A stretch of DNA of 64,000 nt from Acidobacteriota bacterium (GTDB lineage: Bacteria > Acidobacteriota > Terriglobia > Terriglobales > Acidobacteriaceae): assembly GCA_003225005.1 (NCBI GenBank), contig QIAN01000055.1, positions 3,275 to 67,274 of the forward strand. The letters run 5' to 3'. The notes beneath the pieces were generated by a model. That model did no database searches. It saw nothing but the letters and a program-made list of their open reading frames with translations, and had not been told where the DNA came from. This document shows positions 29,688 to 37,995 of this stretch, piece by piece. The translations under genes were made by a program, and so were the position numbers. Each line of letters opens with the position of its first letter. Positions within the stretch are counted from its first letter, which is position 1.

Positions 29688-31160
29688 CTATTTAAAGAGG
29701 CGCATGTTAAAGAGACGCATGAGGCCGGTGGCAGGGAGATCGGGGACGAGGAATTTGGAATCCTTCACCCCCGCCGCGTACGTCAGAGCTTCCGCGGCCA
29801 GATATCCGCTACGAACGGCGCCTTCCATCGTCGCGGGCCAGCCGGTGGCGGTCCAATCGCCGGCCAGAAAAACGCGCGGCCACAAGGTTGCCGCCGGCGG
29901 TCGGTACGCATCAATGCCCGGACGGGGTGAGTAGGTTGCATGCACTTCCTTAATCACCGTGGACTTTATTAACTTCGCGTCACGGGCCGCCGGGAAAAAT
30001 TCGTGCACTTCGCCGAGCGCGAGGTCAACGATGTCGGCGCGCGATTTTTCGATCAAGCTCTTGGACGAGCTTACGACCAGTTCTATATAGCTGCGTTCAA
30101 TTTTTACGCCATCTCCCGTCAGCACGCGGCTGGGTTGCAGCCGCGATTTATGAAACATCCACTGTACGGTTCGATCGAGCAACACCGCGTGATCGAGATC
30201 GGAAATCTGGCGATCGAACCACAGGTGAATACCGGTGATTGGAGAGCCTTCGAAATGGCTCAACAATTCCCGTAAGTGCGCGCTCTCGGGAGTTTCAGGA
30301 AGCATGCGTTCGAGACCGTCGAAGGGCAGCGCGAGCAGAAGATAATCGAACGCCTCTTCCCTTTCGCTGGTCTTATTGATGAACTTCGGATCCAAGACCG
30401 TGGGGGCGGTGAACTTCAGGTGGGCTTTTGCAGCTTCCAGTTGAAATGTGCTGACCGGAGAACGAAGGTGCAACTCACCTCCGCGCGCGCGGATGTAATC
30501 ACCTGCGGCGTTGTAGAGATCCGTCAGAGGAATAGTTGGCACGCCCATGTGCCGCGCCGCCGGAGACTTCATCGACTCGCGCACAACCTGCGCCGCGTAA
30601 GGAATGGAAATTCGATCGAGATCTTCGCTTAGCGCACTGACCAGGATCGGCTTCCAGAAACGCTCAATTGCGCGCGGAGTCTGTCCGTAGTGCTCGAGCC
30701 AATGCGCGAAGGGTTGCCCGGTGTCGCGTTGTGTGGTCAGCGTAAGCGGAAGCAGCGCGCGAGCAATCGCGAGCTTGTCTGCGGCATTCAAGAACGGAAA
30801 GCGCAGAAACGAAGGCACAGTGTGCAGTGGAGCAGGTAATGGAGATGTATGCATTACCGACGCACGCCCGCCTGGCTCGATGAACGTCATCTGGTCGTAC
30901 CAGCGAATTCGATCTTGCACTCCGATGCGCTCATAGAACTCGACCAGATTGGTGCAGCAGCGAAACAGCACATGCTGGCAGTTGTCGATGACTTCGCCCG
31001 TTCCAGGATGCTCGTACGATGACGCTCTGCCGCCGAGAAACGGACGCTTCTCGAAGAGGGTGACGCGGAGTCCAGCTTCGGCGAGCGCGCATCCGGCTGC
31101 AAGGCCCGCGAGACCGCCTCCGGCTACCGCGACGGTGGGTTGTCTTGGACTTGAAGTCAT
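29688..31160 (-). CDS. hpnE: Hydroxysqualene dehydroxylase (squalene-associated FAD-dependent desaturase)
   Basis: 490 aa with an FAD dinucleotide fold (VAVAGGGLAGLAAGCALAEAG..VTLFEKRPFLGGR). It is an amine-oxidase/phytoene-desaturase-type protein, third in hpnC-D-E order. Confidence 0.85.
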   Translation of the reverse strand: MTSSPRQPTVAVAGGGLAGLAAGCALAEAGLRVTLFEKRPFLGGRASSYEHPGTGEVIDNCQHVLFRCCTNLVEFYERIGVQDRIRWYDQMTFIEPGGRASVMHTSPLPAPLHTVPSFLRFPFLNAADKLAIARALLPLTLTTQRDTGQPFAHWLEHYGQTPRAIERFWKPILVSALSEDLDRISIPYAAQVVRESMKSPAARHMGVPTIPLTDLYNAAGDYIRARGGELHLRSPVSTFQLEAAKAHLKFTAPTVLDPKFINKTSEREEAFDYLLLALPFDGLERMLPETPESAHLRELLSHFEGSPITGIHLWFDRQISDLDHAVLLDRTVQWMFHKSRLQPSRVLTGDGVKIERSYIELVVSSSKSLIEKSRADIVDLALGEVHEFFPAARDAKLIKSTVIKEVHATYSPRPGIDAYRPPAATLWPRVFLAGDWTATGWPATMEGAVRSGYLAAEALTYAAGVKDSKFLVPDLPATGLMRLFNMRLFK

Positions 31161-31226
31161 TCGAGGAAACTTGAAGTCAGCTTATCAATATCTGGTCAAT
31201 CAAAGGCAGATGAACGATCTGAGTCA

Positions 31227-32183
31227 TCACAACAGGCGTTGCAGAAATCCTCTACCGAGAATACGCAGCTTCTCGGAAACGGTCAGGCTGACCTTACCGC
31301 TGAACACGTCGTACTGACGGTCGGTAATCTCCTGGAGCAGCTTGCGGTAAATATTCACCAGGACCCAGAGACCAGGCTGACTGTCTTCTGCGATCATTGG
31401 AATCAGTTCGTCCCCGGCTTTGTAGAACTCACGGGCGCGGTCGGCCTCCAGGTTCAGCAGCGGACGAAAACGCGCGGGATCGGGTGCCGTGAGCAGATCA
31501 GAAGCGGTGAGACCGAACTTCGCCAGGTCTTCCTCGGGAAGATAAACGCGTCCCATGGCGGCGTCTTCCTTGACGTCGCGAATGATATTTGTAAGTTGGA
31601 ATGCGAGGCCGCAGCGTTCGGCCAGGGGCTCGGCCGCGGGATCGCGATAGCCGAAAACGTGAATACAGACTAGACCCACGACCGAAGCCACACGGTAACA
31701 ATAAAGCTGCAAATCTTCGAAGGTCTTGTAATGAACCGGAAGGCTCGCGGTGGAACGTGCGAAACCCGGTTCGTCCTCGAGCTCTGAAGTAGTCTCGATG
31801 TCCATAGCCGTGCCTAATGCGAGCTCGTCGAGCAGGCTGGCTGGGATTTGATATCTGCGCTGTGCGTCTGTCAGGGCCAGCAGAATTGGATCATCGGTGG
31901 GCTCGCCTTGTTGAGCGCGGTGCAGAGCGTCGAGCCAGGCCTCGAGCTTTAAGCGGCGCTCTTCGAGCGGAAGGTTGCTATCGTCGGTGATGTCATCGCA
32001 GCGGCGCATGAAAGAGTACACAGCGCACAGGGCTTCCCGCTTGTGACGTGGCAATACGAGAAAGGCGTAGTAAAAATTCTTTGCAGCCGAACGGGTTATG
32101 CCGCGGCACACGGAATATGCCATGGCTACCTGCGGCGGAGCGGGGCTCCATGGAGCGAAGGCTGGTTGGGCGCCGGCGCTCAT
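31227..32183 (-). CDS. hpnD: Presqualene diphosphate synthase
   Basis: 318 aa of the squalene/phytoene synthase family. Motifs are NFYYAFLVLPRHKREALCAVYSFMRRCDDITD and NIIRDVKEDAAMGRVYLP. It has an ATGA overlap with hpnC. Confidence 0.85.
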   Translation of the reverse strand: MSAGAQPAFAPWSPAPPQVAMAYSVCRGITRSAAKNFYYAFLVLPRHKREALCAVYSFMRRCDDITDDSNLPLEERRLKLEAWLDALHRAQQGEPTDDPILLALTDAQRRYQIPASLLDELALGTAMDIETTSELEDEPGFARSTASLPVHYKTFEDLQLYCYRVASVVGLVCIHVFGYRDPAAEPLAERCGLAFQLTNIIRDVKEDAAMGRVYLPEEDLAKFGLTASDLLTAPDPARFRPLLNLEADRAREFYKAGDELIPMIAEDSQPGLWVLVNIYRKLLQEITDRQYDVFSGKVSLTVSEKLRILGRGFLQRLL

Positions 32184-33154
32184 ATTCGTTGCCCTCGTCG
32201 TTTCACGAGCAGCTTTCCCAGAGCGGCGCGCGCTACTAGCGCCAGTTTGCGCGGCTTGGAAATGGCCGGACGTTGTCCCAAGACAGCAAACTTCTGCCGC
32301 TCGATCGAGTTCAGAATTTCCTGGCCGCCGCGGCTAAAGAGTTCGAGGTCGATGGCGAGTTCCCGGTCGACTTTTTCTACGAGCGGCAGACCGCGATGGA
32401 ACCACTGGCGGGCGCGCTCAACCTCAAACTTCATCATCTCGCGGAAGGCGTGAGTGTTGCGGTTCGAAGCGATGTCGTCTTCGCTCACCCCGAACCGGCG
32501 AAGGCTCTCGATCGGCAGGTAAATGCGGCCTTTGGCGTAGTCGACGCTCAGGTCTTGCCAGAAATTTGCCAACTGCAGCGCGGTGCAGGTGAAATCGGAA
32601 AGCTGTTGGCGTTCGGCGTCACTGTAGCCGCAGAGGTGGAGCACAAGATGGCCGACTGGGTTGGCCGAATAACGGCAGTATCCGAGCAGATCATCAAAGC
32701 TCTCGTAGCGCGTGACGGTTTGATCCTGGCGGAAGGCACGCAGCAGGTCAGAGAATTCCTGCTTGGGAATATTGAACGTTTCAACTGTTTCCGCCAGCGC
32801 GACAAAGACCGGATGCTTGGGATGGCCGTCATAGCAGGCATTCAATTCGGCTTCCCACTGGTTGAGCAATGCCAACGCGGCCCCAGTGTCTCCGACTTCG
32901 TCACCCAAATCATCGGAGATGCGGCAGTAGGCGTAGACATTGCAGAAGTGCTGGCGCAGGCGGCCAGGAAGAAACCAGGTGGCGACGGAAAAATTCTCGT
33001 AATGGCTGCGCGCCAGACGGCAGCAGTATTCGCGGGCTTGCTCGGGCGACGGTGCGGTAGCGGGGATCGCGTAGTCGGCAGGGAGGCGACTCCAGCCGAG
33101 CGAGGCAGCGGGTGCGGTCGCAACTTGGGAGTGGGTGCTGACCATGCGATTCAT
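32180..33154 (-). CDS. hpnC: Hydroxysqualene synthase
   Basis: 324 aa of the squalene/phytoene synthase family. The HpnC-type N-terminus is SHYENFSVATWFLPGRLRQHFCNVYAYCRISDDLGDE, and the second Asp-rich region is NFWQDLSVDYAKGRIYLP. Confidence 0.85.
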   Translation of the reverse strand: MNRMVSTHSQVATAPAASLGWSRLPADYAIPATAPSPEQAREYCCRLARSHYENFSVATWFLPGRLRQHFCNVYAYCRISDDLGDEVGDTGAALALLNQWEAELNACYDGHPKHPVFVALAETVETFNIPKQEFSDLLRAFRQDQTVTRYESFDDLLGYCRYSANPVGHLVLHLCGYSDAERQQLSDFTCTALQLANFWQDLSVDYAKGRIYLPIESLRRFGVSEDDIASNRNTHAFREMMKFEVERARQWFHRGLPLVEKVDRELAIDLELFSRGGQEILNSIERQKFAVLGQRPAISKPRKLALVARAALGKLLVKRRGQRI

Positions 33155-33301
33155 AGTTTAAACGCACCCCGAAGACCGCCGAATCCCGAGCATCGTGAGA
33201 ACTCCTTGCGAGGACAAAGGAGCTGAATAAATGCATGGGTCCTTTGCTTCGCTCAGGATGACAGTTCCCCTCTCAGTCAACACTTCTGGGGAACGGGAAA
33301 A

Positions 33302-34351
33302 TCAATGCCCGGGGATGATGGCGGTCTTGATATCACCGCCGCGGTTCAGCATGTGGCGGAGCACTTGCTGCAAACGCGACAGTGGAGCCTCCCCGGTGAT
33401 GTAGTCGGTGGGACGAATCTTTTTCGCTGCGATCAATCCAAAAGCGCGGCGCACGGTCTCGGGGGTGTGATGGAACGTGGCCTTAAGCGTAATCTCAGAG
33501 TAATGCAGGCGGTTGGTGTCGAGCTGGACTTTAGTACCGCTGGCGCAGCCTCCGAAGAAGTTTACGGTGCCGCCTTTGCGTACCATTTCAATCGCCCACT
33601 CCCACGCTTCAGGCCGGCCCACCGCCTCGATCACGACATCGCAACCGCGCTTCTGCGGTGAGAGCGCCTTGACCGCATCCACTACGTTCGTCACCTTGGT
33701 GGTCTGGATGATTTCATGCGCACCCATATGTTTGGCGGCCTCGACTTGCCCGTCGCGCTTCACCACGGCAATCACGTTGCAACCGATCGCCCGCGCTACC
33801 TGCACGAACATCAGCCCAATCGGTCCGCCGCCAATGATTCCTACCGTGTCGCCAATCTCTACCCCGGTTTCGTGCAGCCCGCGCAACACACACGCCAATG
33901 GCTCGGTCATGGCGGCGTCTTCAAAGCTGACGTTGGGTGGAATCACCAACATGTTGGCTTCGACAATACGTTTCGGCACCCGGATATATTCCGCGTAAGC
34001 GCCGTTGTTGAAGAGTAAATCTTCGCACAGGTTCTCCTGGTGCTTGGAGCAGTAAAAACACATCTGGCACGGCGCGGAGTTCAGCGCGACCACGCGCATG
34101 CCTTTTTTGAAGCCATTCACGCCGGCGCCCACTTCCTCGATTACGCCTGCCAGTTCGTGGCCGAACAGCGCCGGAGGCATTATCATGCGGGCGTGATACC
34201 CACGCTGGTACACCTTGAGATCGGTGCCGCAGGTAAGAGCAACCTGCACCTTGACCAGAACTTCGCCATCCCCGACGCGGGGAATGGGCACTCTTTCTAT
34301 CTTCAGATCTTCTTTGCCGTACAAGACGGCGGCTGTCATTTGTCCGTTCAC
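33302..34351 (-). CDS. Zn-dependent medium-chain dehydrogenase (polyol/threonine-DH-like)
   Basis: 349 aa. It has the catalytic Zn ligands (LTCGTD, GHELAG), a structural Zn site CQMCFYCSKHQENLC, and a Rossmann motif GIIGGGPIG. Confidence 0.8.
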   Translation of the reverse strand: MNGQMTAAVLYGKEDLKIERVPIPRVGDGEVLVKVQVALTCGTDLKVYQRGYHARMIMPPALFGHELAGVIEEVGAGVNGFKKGMRVVALNSAPCQMCFYCSKHQENLCEDLLFNNGAYAEYIRVPKRIVEANMLVIPPNVSFEDAAMTEPLACVLRGLHETGVEIGDTVGIIGGGPIGLMFVQVARAIGCNVIAVVKRDGQVEAAKHMGAHEIIQTTKVTNVVDAVKALSPQKRGCDVVIEAVGRPEAWEWAIEMVRKGGTVNFFGGCASGTKVQLDTNRLHYSEITLKATFHHTPETVRRAFGLIAAKKIRPTDYITGEAPLSRLQQVLRHMLNRGGDIKTAIIPGH

Positions 34352-35487
34352 TGCTTACTTCCTTCCCAGGCGTTTCGTTCCCAGGCACTACCAGGCTGAA
34401 TCACGATCTTCATCGACGAAGGCTGCGGATGGGCCGCCAAGTCCAAAGCCTGCCCACTTTCCATCAGCAGGAACCGGTGGCTGATAAGTCGTCCCAGGTC
34501 CATCTCCCGGCTCATCACAAAACGAACAGACTGTTCTTGTAAATCGACCGAAGCGCTATAAGAACCAACCAGCGTTTTCTCTTCCACACAAATGGCGGCC
34601 GGATCAATCACAGCCTCGCCATGCACAGTCTGCGCAAAAAGCAACACTCGTCCTCCGGGACGGGCCGCATCCATGGCGGTTCGGATCAGGTTATTTCCGC
34701 CTACCGCCAAAATGACCGCGTCCGCTCCTCGACCGTCCGTAAGCTCGCGAATGTGCTGAACTGCATCCTTGCGCGATGCATCAAGTTTACGCTCTAAACC
34801 GAAGCTTTCCCCTATTTTAAGCCTCTCAGGATACAAATCGGAAGTAACCACCACAGCTGCAGCCCTCTGTGCCAACACGCTCAGAATAATGCCAATGGGA
34901 CCTTGGCCGATCACGAGCACGGTCTCACCCGGCTGCAAGCGGAGCGCCTCGATCCCTTTCATGCAGGTGTTTACCGGTTCGACGAAGCAAGCTTGCTCAA
35001 ACGAGACGCCGTCAGAAATGCGGACGGTGCCGCGCTTCACAATCCAATCCATGACTCGAACGTACTCCGCGAAGCCACCGCCGGAAGGCTCGAATCCAGC
35101 CGTGCAGCCGATTTTCTTGTAGGTCTCGCACTGGGCGAAGGTTTTGTGCTGGCAGTAATAGCATTCACGGCAAGGAATGTGATGAAAGACAACGACGCGA
35201 TCTCCGGGCTGAAAATCGCGGACTCCCGCGCCCACTGCGGCCACCACGCCGGAAGTTTCATGGCCGAAGATGCGGGGAGCGGAATGTGACCCAGTTGCAA
35301 TTTTCTTCAAGTCGGTCCCGCAGACGCCGCAGGTATGAACCCGCACCAGCAATTCTCCAGCGCCGAACGCAGGCACCGGGACGGTTTCAAGGCGAACATC
35401 ATTCACACCGCGATAAACGGCTGCATGCATCGTGGAGGGGATGCTTCCCTTCGATTCTTCGATGGCGATTTGTCCGGCAATGGACAT
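34348..35487 (-). CDS. Zn-dependent medium-chain dehydrogenase, second paralogous type
   Basis: Track ORF 34348..35568, likely starting at Met 35487. Motifs are CGVCGTD, GHETSG, CRECYYCQHKTFAQC and VIGQGPIG. It has a 4-nt overlap with the downstream dehydrogenase. Confidence 0.8.
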   Translation of the reverse strand: MSIAGQIAIEESKGSIPSTMHAAVYRGVNDVRLETVPVPAFGAGELLVRVHTCGVCGTDLKKIATGSHSAPRIFGHETSGVVAAVGAGVRDFQPGDRVVVFHHIPCRECYYCQHKTFAQCETYKKIGCTAGFEPSGGGFAEYVRVMDWIVKRGTVRISDGVSFEQACFVEPVNTCMKGIEALRLQPGETVLVIGQGPIGIILSVLAQRAAAVVVTSDLYPERLKIGESFGLERKLDASRKDAVQHIRELTDGRGADAVILAVGGNNLIRTAMDAARPGGRVLLFAQTVHGEAVIDPAAICVEEKTLVGSYSASVDLQEQSVRFVMSREMDLGRLISHRFLLMESGQALDLAAHPQPSSMKIVIQPGSAWERNAWEGSKQ

Positions 35488-35521
35488 TCTCAGATTAGAT
35501 GCGATGCAGCGTCCCAGCGCT

Positions 35522-36109
35522 TCAGTTGCCCGTGCTGCCGACTGAACCTCGCGCGCCAGAAGCTCCACTGTTTTTTGCGGCTCGCGGGTCGGTATTCGTG
35601 ATGTTCACCTGTACCGTCATCGAGTCCAGGTACGGCGATTCGGAGGGCGTGAAGTGATACGCCATCACTTTCAGCACAACATAAAAACCGTCCACCTTGA
35701 TAATGCGCTCGGTAAGCACCGGCACTCGGGCGAATTTTCCCGGGTCCAGCCACCACGCGTTATTCACCGGGTCGTCACGTGGGATCTGCGAAGCCATCAG
35801 TACGTTGGCGTACGTACGATGCTGCAAGTCGGCTAATTTCTCCTCCCAGGAAACGATCTGAATATCCCCTTCGACATGCAGCGGAGCAAGGCATAGGACA
35901 TAGCGGTCGTTGCCGCGCACGTCTTTGATTGGTTCGCAATAGACCGGGTTCTGTGGAGTGAGCCGTGCCTCAAAAGTCTTTCCCGTAACGCGCGTCGCGC
36001 CGTGGCGAAAGCTTTCCACGTAGAGCAGTGGCGGCGCTGTGGTTTGCGCCCAAAGCTGGCACGCGAGCGCCGTGCTCAAGATCGTCCAACACCGGAGCAT
36101 TCGAATCAT
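35522..36109 (-). CDS. Secreted hypothetical protein inside the hopanoid operon
   Basis: Track ORF 35522..36157, likely starting at Met 36109 with a signal peptide (MIRMLRCWTILSTALACQLWAQ). No family recognised. Confidence 0.55.
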   Translation of the reverse strand: MIRMLRCWTILSTALACQLWAQTTAPPLLYVESFRHGATRVTGKTFEARLTPQNPVYCEPIKDVRGNDRYVLCLAPLHVEGDIQIVSWEEKLADLQHRTYANVLMASQIPRDDPVNNAWWLDPGKFARVPVLTERIIKVDGFYVVLKVMAYHFTPSESPYLDSMTVQVNITNTDPRAAKNSGASGARGSVGSTGN

Positions 36110-36207
36110 GGTCAATCTCGTTCCGAAACCTTTGGGACCGAGTTCACGATCATTCAACTAGAGTCATTGTCGATGATAGAAGTGGCACTCGGCTATTAAC
36201 TCCCCGG

Positions 36208-36930
36208 TCACCGCACGTGAACCTTCTCGCTGCTCCCCATCTCCCGGCCCTTGGGTTCGAGCTCATGAGTTTCCAGCCAGCGGCAGAGGGCATTCGAGGC
36301 GCGCGCACTGTTTCGCGCCAGTCGCACCACACGCTTCCACATCCAAGGACGCACGGCCGCGAACAGCGCAAAGCTGGCAGCGCGAAACTCTCCGTTGGGT
36401 CGGATAAAGCGCTGCATGGGCGGCACGACGAAATCGAACTCGTCGGAGATAGCCTTTACCGCCGCGAAGCGCAGGCCTCGCGCTTGTGCGCCGCGCGCCA
36501 CTGCCGCCGCTTCCATGTCAACGGCTTGTGCAGAGTACGCACGCGCCAGCTCGGATTTTTGCCGTGGATCAGCAACGGAGGGAAAGCTCACCAACGCACC
36601 CTGACCCTCGCCTGTATCAATCCGGCTGCCGTCCCGGGCATCGATCACTTGGCGCGGATGCAAGATGTCGCCCATTTTCAAGGTCGCATTCAAGGCTCCC
36701 GCGAAGCCCACCGAATAAATAACTTCCGGCGAGAACAGTGCAATTACCGCTTCCGTGGCGCGGCGCGCAGCTTGTTCGCCAATGCCTCCGCAGACGAGCA
36801 CAGTCGAGTCGTTCTCAAAAAAACGGAAATGACACCCCTGATACTCTCGGTCGCTGCGCCGCCAAGTCCTGATCAGACGCTTAACCTCGCGTTCGAACGC
36901 TACGACCATCGCCACTTTACGCATAACCAT
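36208..36930 (-). CDS. hpnG: Hopanoid-associated phosphorylase (PNP/MTAN-family nucleosidase)
   Basis: 240 aa of the PNP_UDP fold (VLVCGGIGEQAARRATEAVI.., SVGFAGAL, AVDMEAAAVA). It lies directly after hpnA. The first Met overlaps the hpnA stop; Met at 36909 is an alternative start. Confidence 0.7.
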   Translation of the reverse strand: MVMRKVAMVVAFEREVKRLIRTWRRSDREYQGCHFRFFENDSTVLVCGGIGEQAARRATEAVIALFSPEVIYSVGFAGALNATLKMGDILHPRQVIDARDGSRIDTGEGQGALVSFPSVADPRQKSELARAYSAQAVDMEAAAVARGAQARGLRFAAVKAISDEFDFVVPPMQRFIRPNGEFRAASFALFAAVRPWMWKRVVRLARNSARASNALCRWLETHELEPKGREMGSSEKVHVR

Positions 36931-37903
36931 TGACCCGGAACCACTCCGTCGCTCGTCGGAGCGCGGATTCTATGGGAACGATCTTCCAGCCCAAATCGCG
37001 CTCGGCTTTGTCGGAGCTAGCAAACATTTTCTTCGCTCCCATGCGGACAGTGTCAATCGTGGCGCGAGGCTCACGGCCGCGCAGGCGGCCAGTTACCATT
37101 TCATCCGCTATGCCCGCTGCATAGGCGAATATATAGGGTAGTTTCAGTATTGGAGAAGGCAACCCGGTAATCTTTGCCAGCTTATCGAGAATCTGTTTCA
37201 GCGTCAGGTTCTCACCGCCGAGGATATAGCGTTCGCCACTCTTTCCTTTTTCCAAGGCTGTAACATGCCCGCGAGCGCACTCTCTGACATCCACGAGATT
37301 CAGTCCCGTTTCCACGTAGGCGGGAAATTTTCGCTTGAGGAAGTCGACCACGATCCTGCCGGTGGGTGTAGGTTTGACGTCCTGATCCCCCACGGGAGTG
37401 GTTGGATTCACGACCACCACCTCGAGGCCGCTGCGGCCTGCTTCAAGCGCGAGCTGCTCGGCCATGAACTTTGAACGCTTGTAGTGGCCGATCATATCCG
37501 CCAGCGACACCGGGGAATCTTCATTCGCTGGATAGCCGTTACGGGTGAATCCAATGGTGGCTACGCTCGAGGTGTAGACCACGCGGCGCACGCCGTTCTT
37601 GCGCGCGGCTTCCAGGATGGCGCGTGTACCTTCCACGTTCGAACGGTACATTTCATTGGGATCGCGCACCCACAGGCGGTAATCCGCGGCCACATGGAAA
37701 ACCACGTCGCAACCAGCCATAGCTTTCTCGAGCGATGCCGGATCACGCAAATCGCCGAGGGCATGATCGGCCCTCAGTCCTTCAATATTTCTTAGATTGC
37801 TGCTGGAGCGCACCAGCAGGCGCATGTCCGCCCCGTAATCTGCGAGCACGCGGGCAACGTGGCTGCCTAAGAATCCCGTGGCGCCTGTGACGAAAGCTAG
37901 CAT
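36917..37903 (-). CDS. hpnA: Hopanoid-associated NAD-dependent sugar epimerase/dehydratase
   Basis: 328 aa. It begins MLAFVTGATGFLGSHVARVL and carries FHVAADYRLWVRDP, YKRSKFMAEQ, KPTPTGRIVVDF and ERYILGGENLTLKQIL, as in HpnA. Confidence 0.85.
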   Translation of the reverse strand: MLAFVTGATGFLGSHVARVLADYGADMRLLVRSSSNLRNIEGLRADHALGDLRDPASLEKAMAGCDVVFHVAADYRLWVRDPNEMYRSNVEGTRAILEAARKNGVRRVVYTSSVATIGFTRNGYPANEDSPVSLADMIGHYKRSKFMAEQLALEAGRSGLEVVVVNPTTPVGDQDVKPTPTGRIVVDFLKRKFPAYVETGLNLVDVRECARGHVTALEKGKSGERYILGGENLTLKQILDKLAKITGLPSPILKLPYIFAYAAGIADEMVTGRLRGREPRATIDTVRMGAKKMFASSDKAERDLGWKIVPIESALRRATEWFRVNGYA

Positions 37904-37995
37904 TCAGCACTTAGCATTCAGCCAATACGTGCCGTTGGTTGACGGAAGGAAAATCCTGCAGAATATTCCTGGCTGAGTGCTGAGTGCTGACTGCT
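37899..37995. repeat. 25-bp imperfect inverted repeat built from 7-nt words, spanning the shc stop to the hpnA start
   Basis: Left arm 37899-37923 is agcattc|agcactt|agcattc|agcc and covers the hpnA ATG (37901-37903). Right arm 37971-37995 is ggct|gagtgct|gagtgct|gactgct and overlaps the shc TAG (37994-37996). 22 of 25 positions are complementary. Confidence 0.8.
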
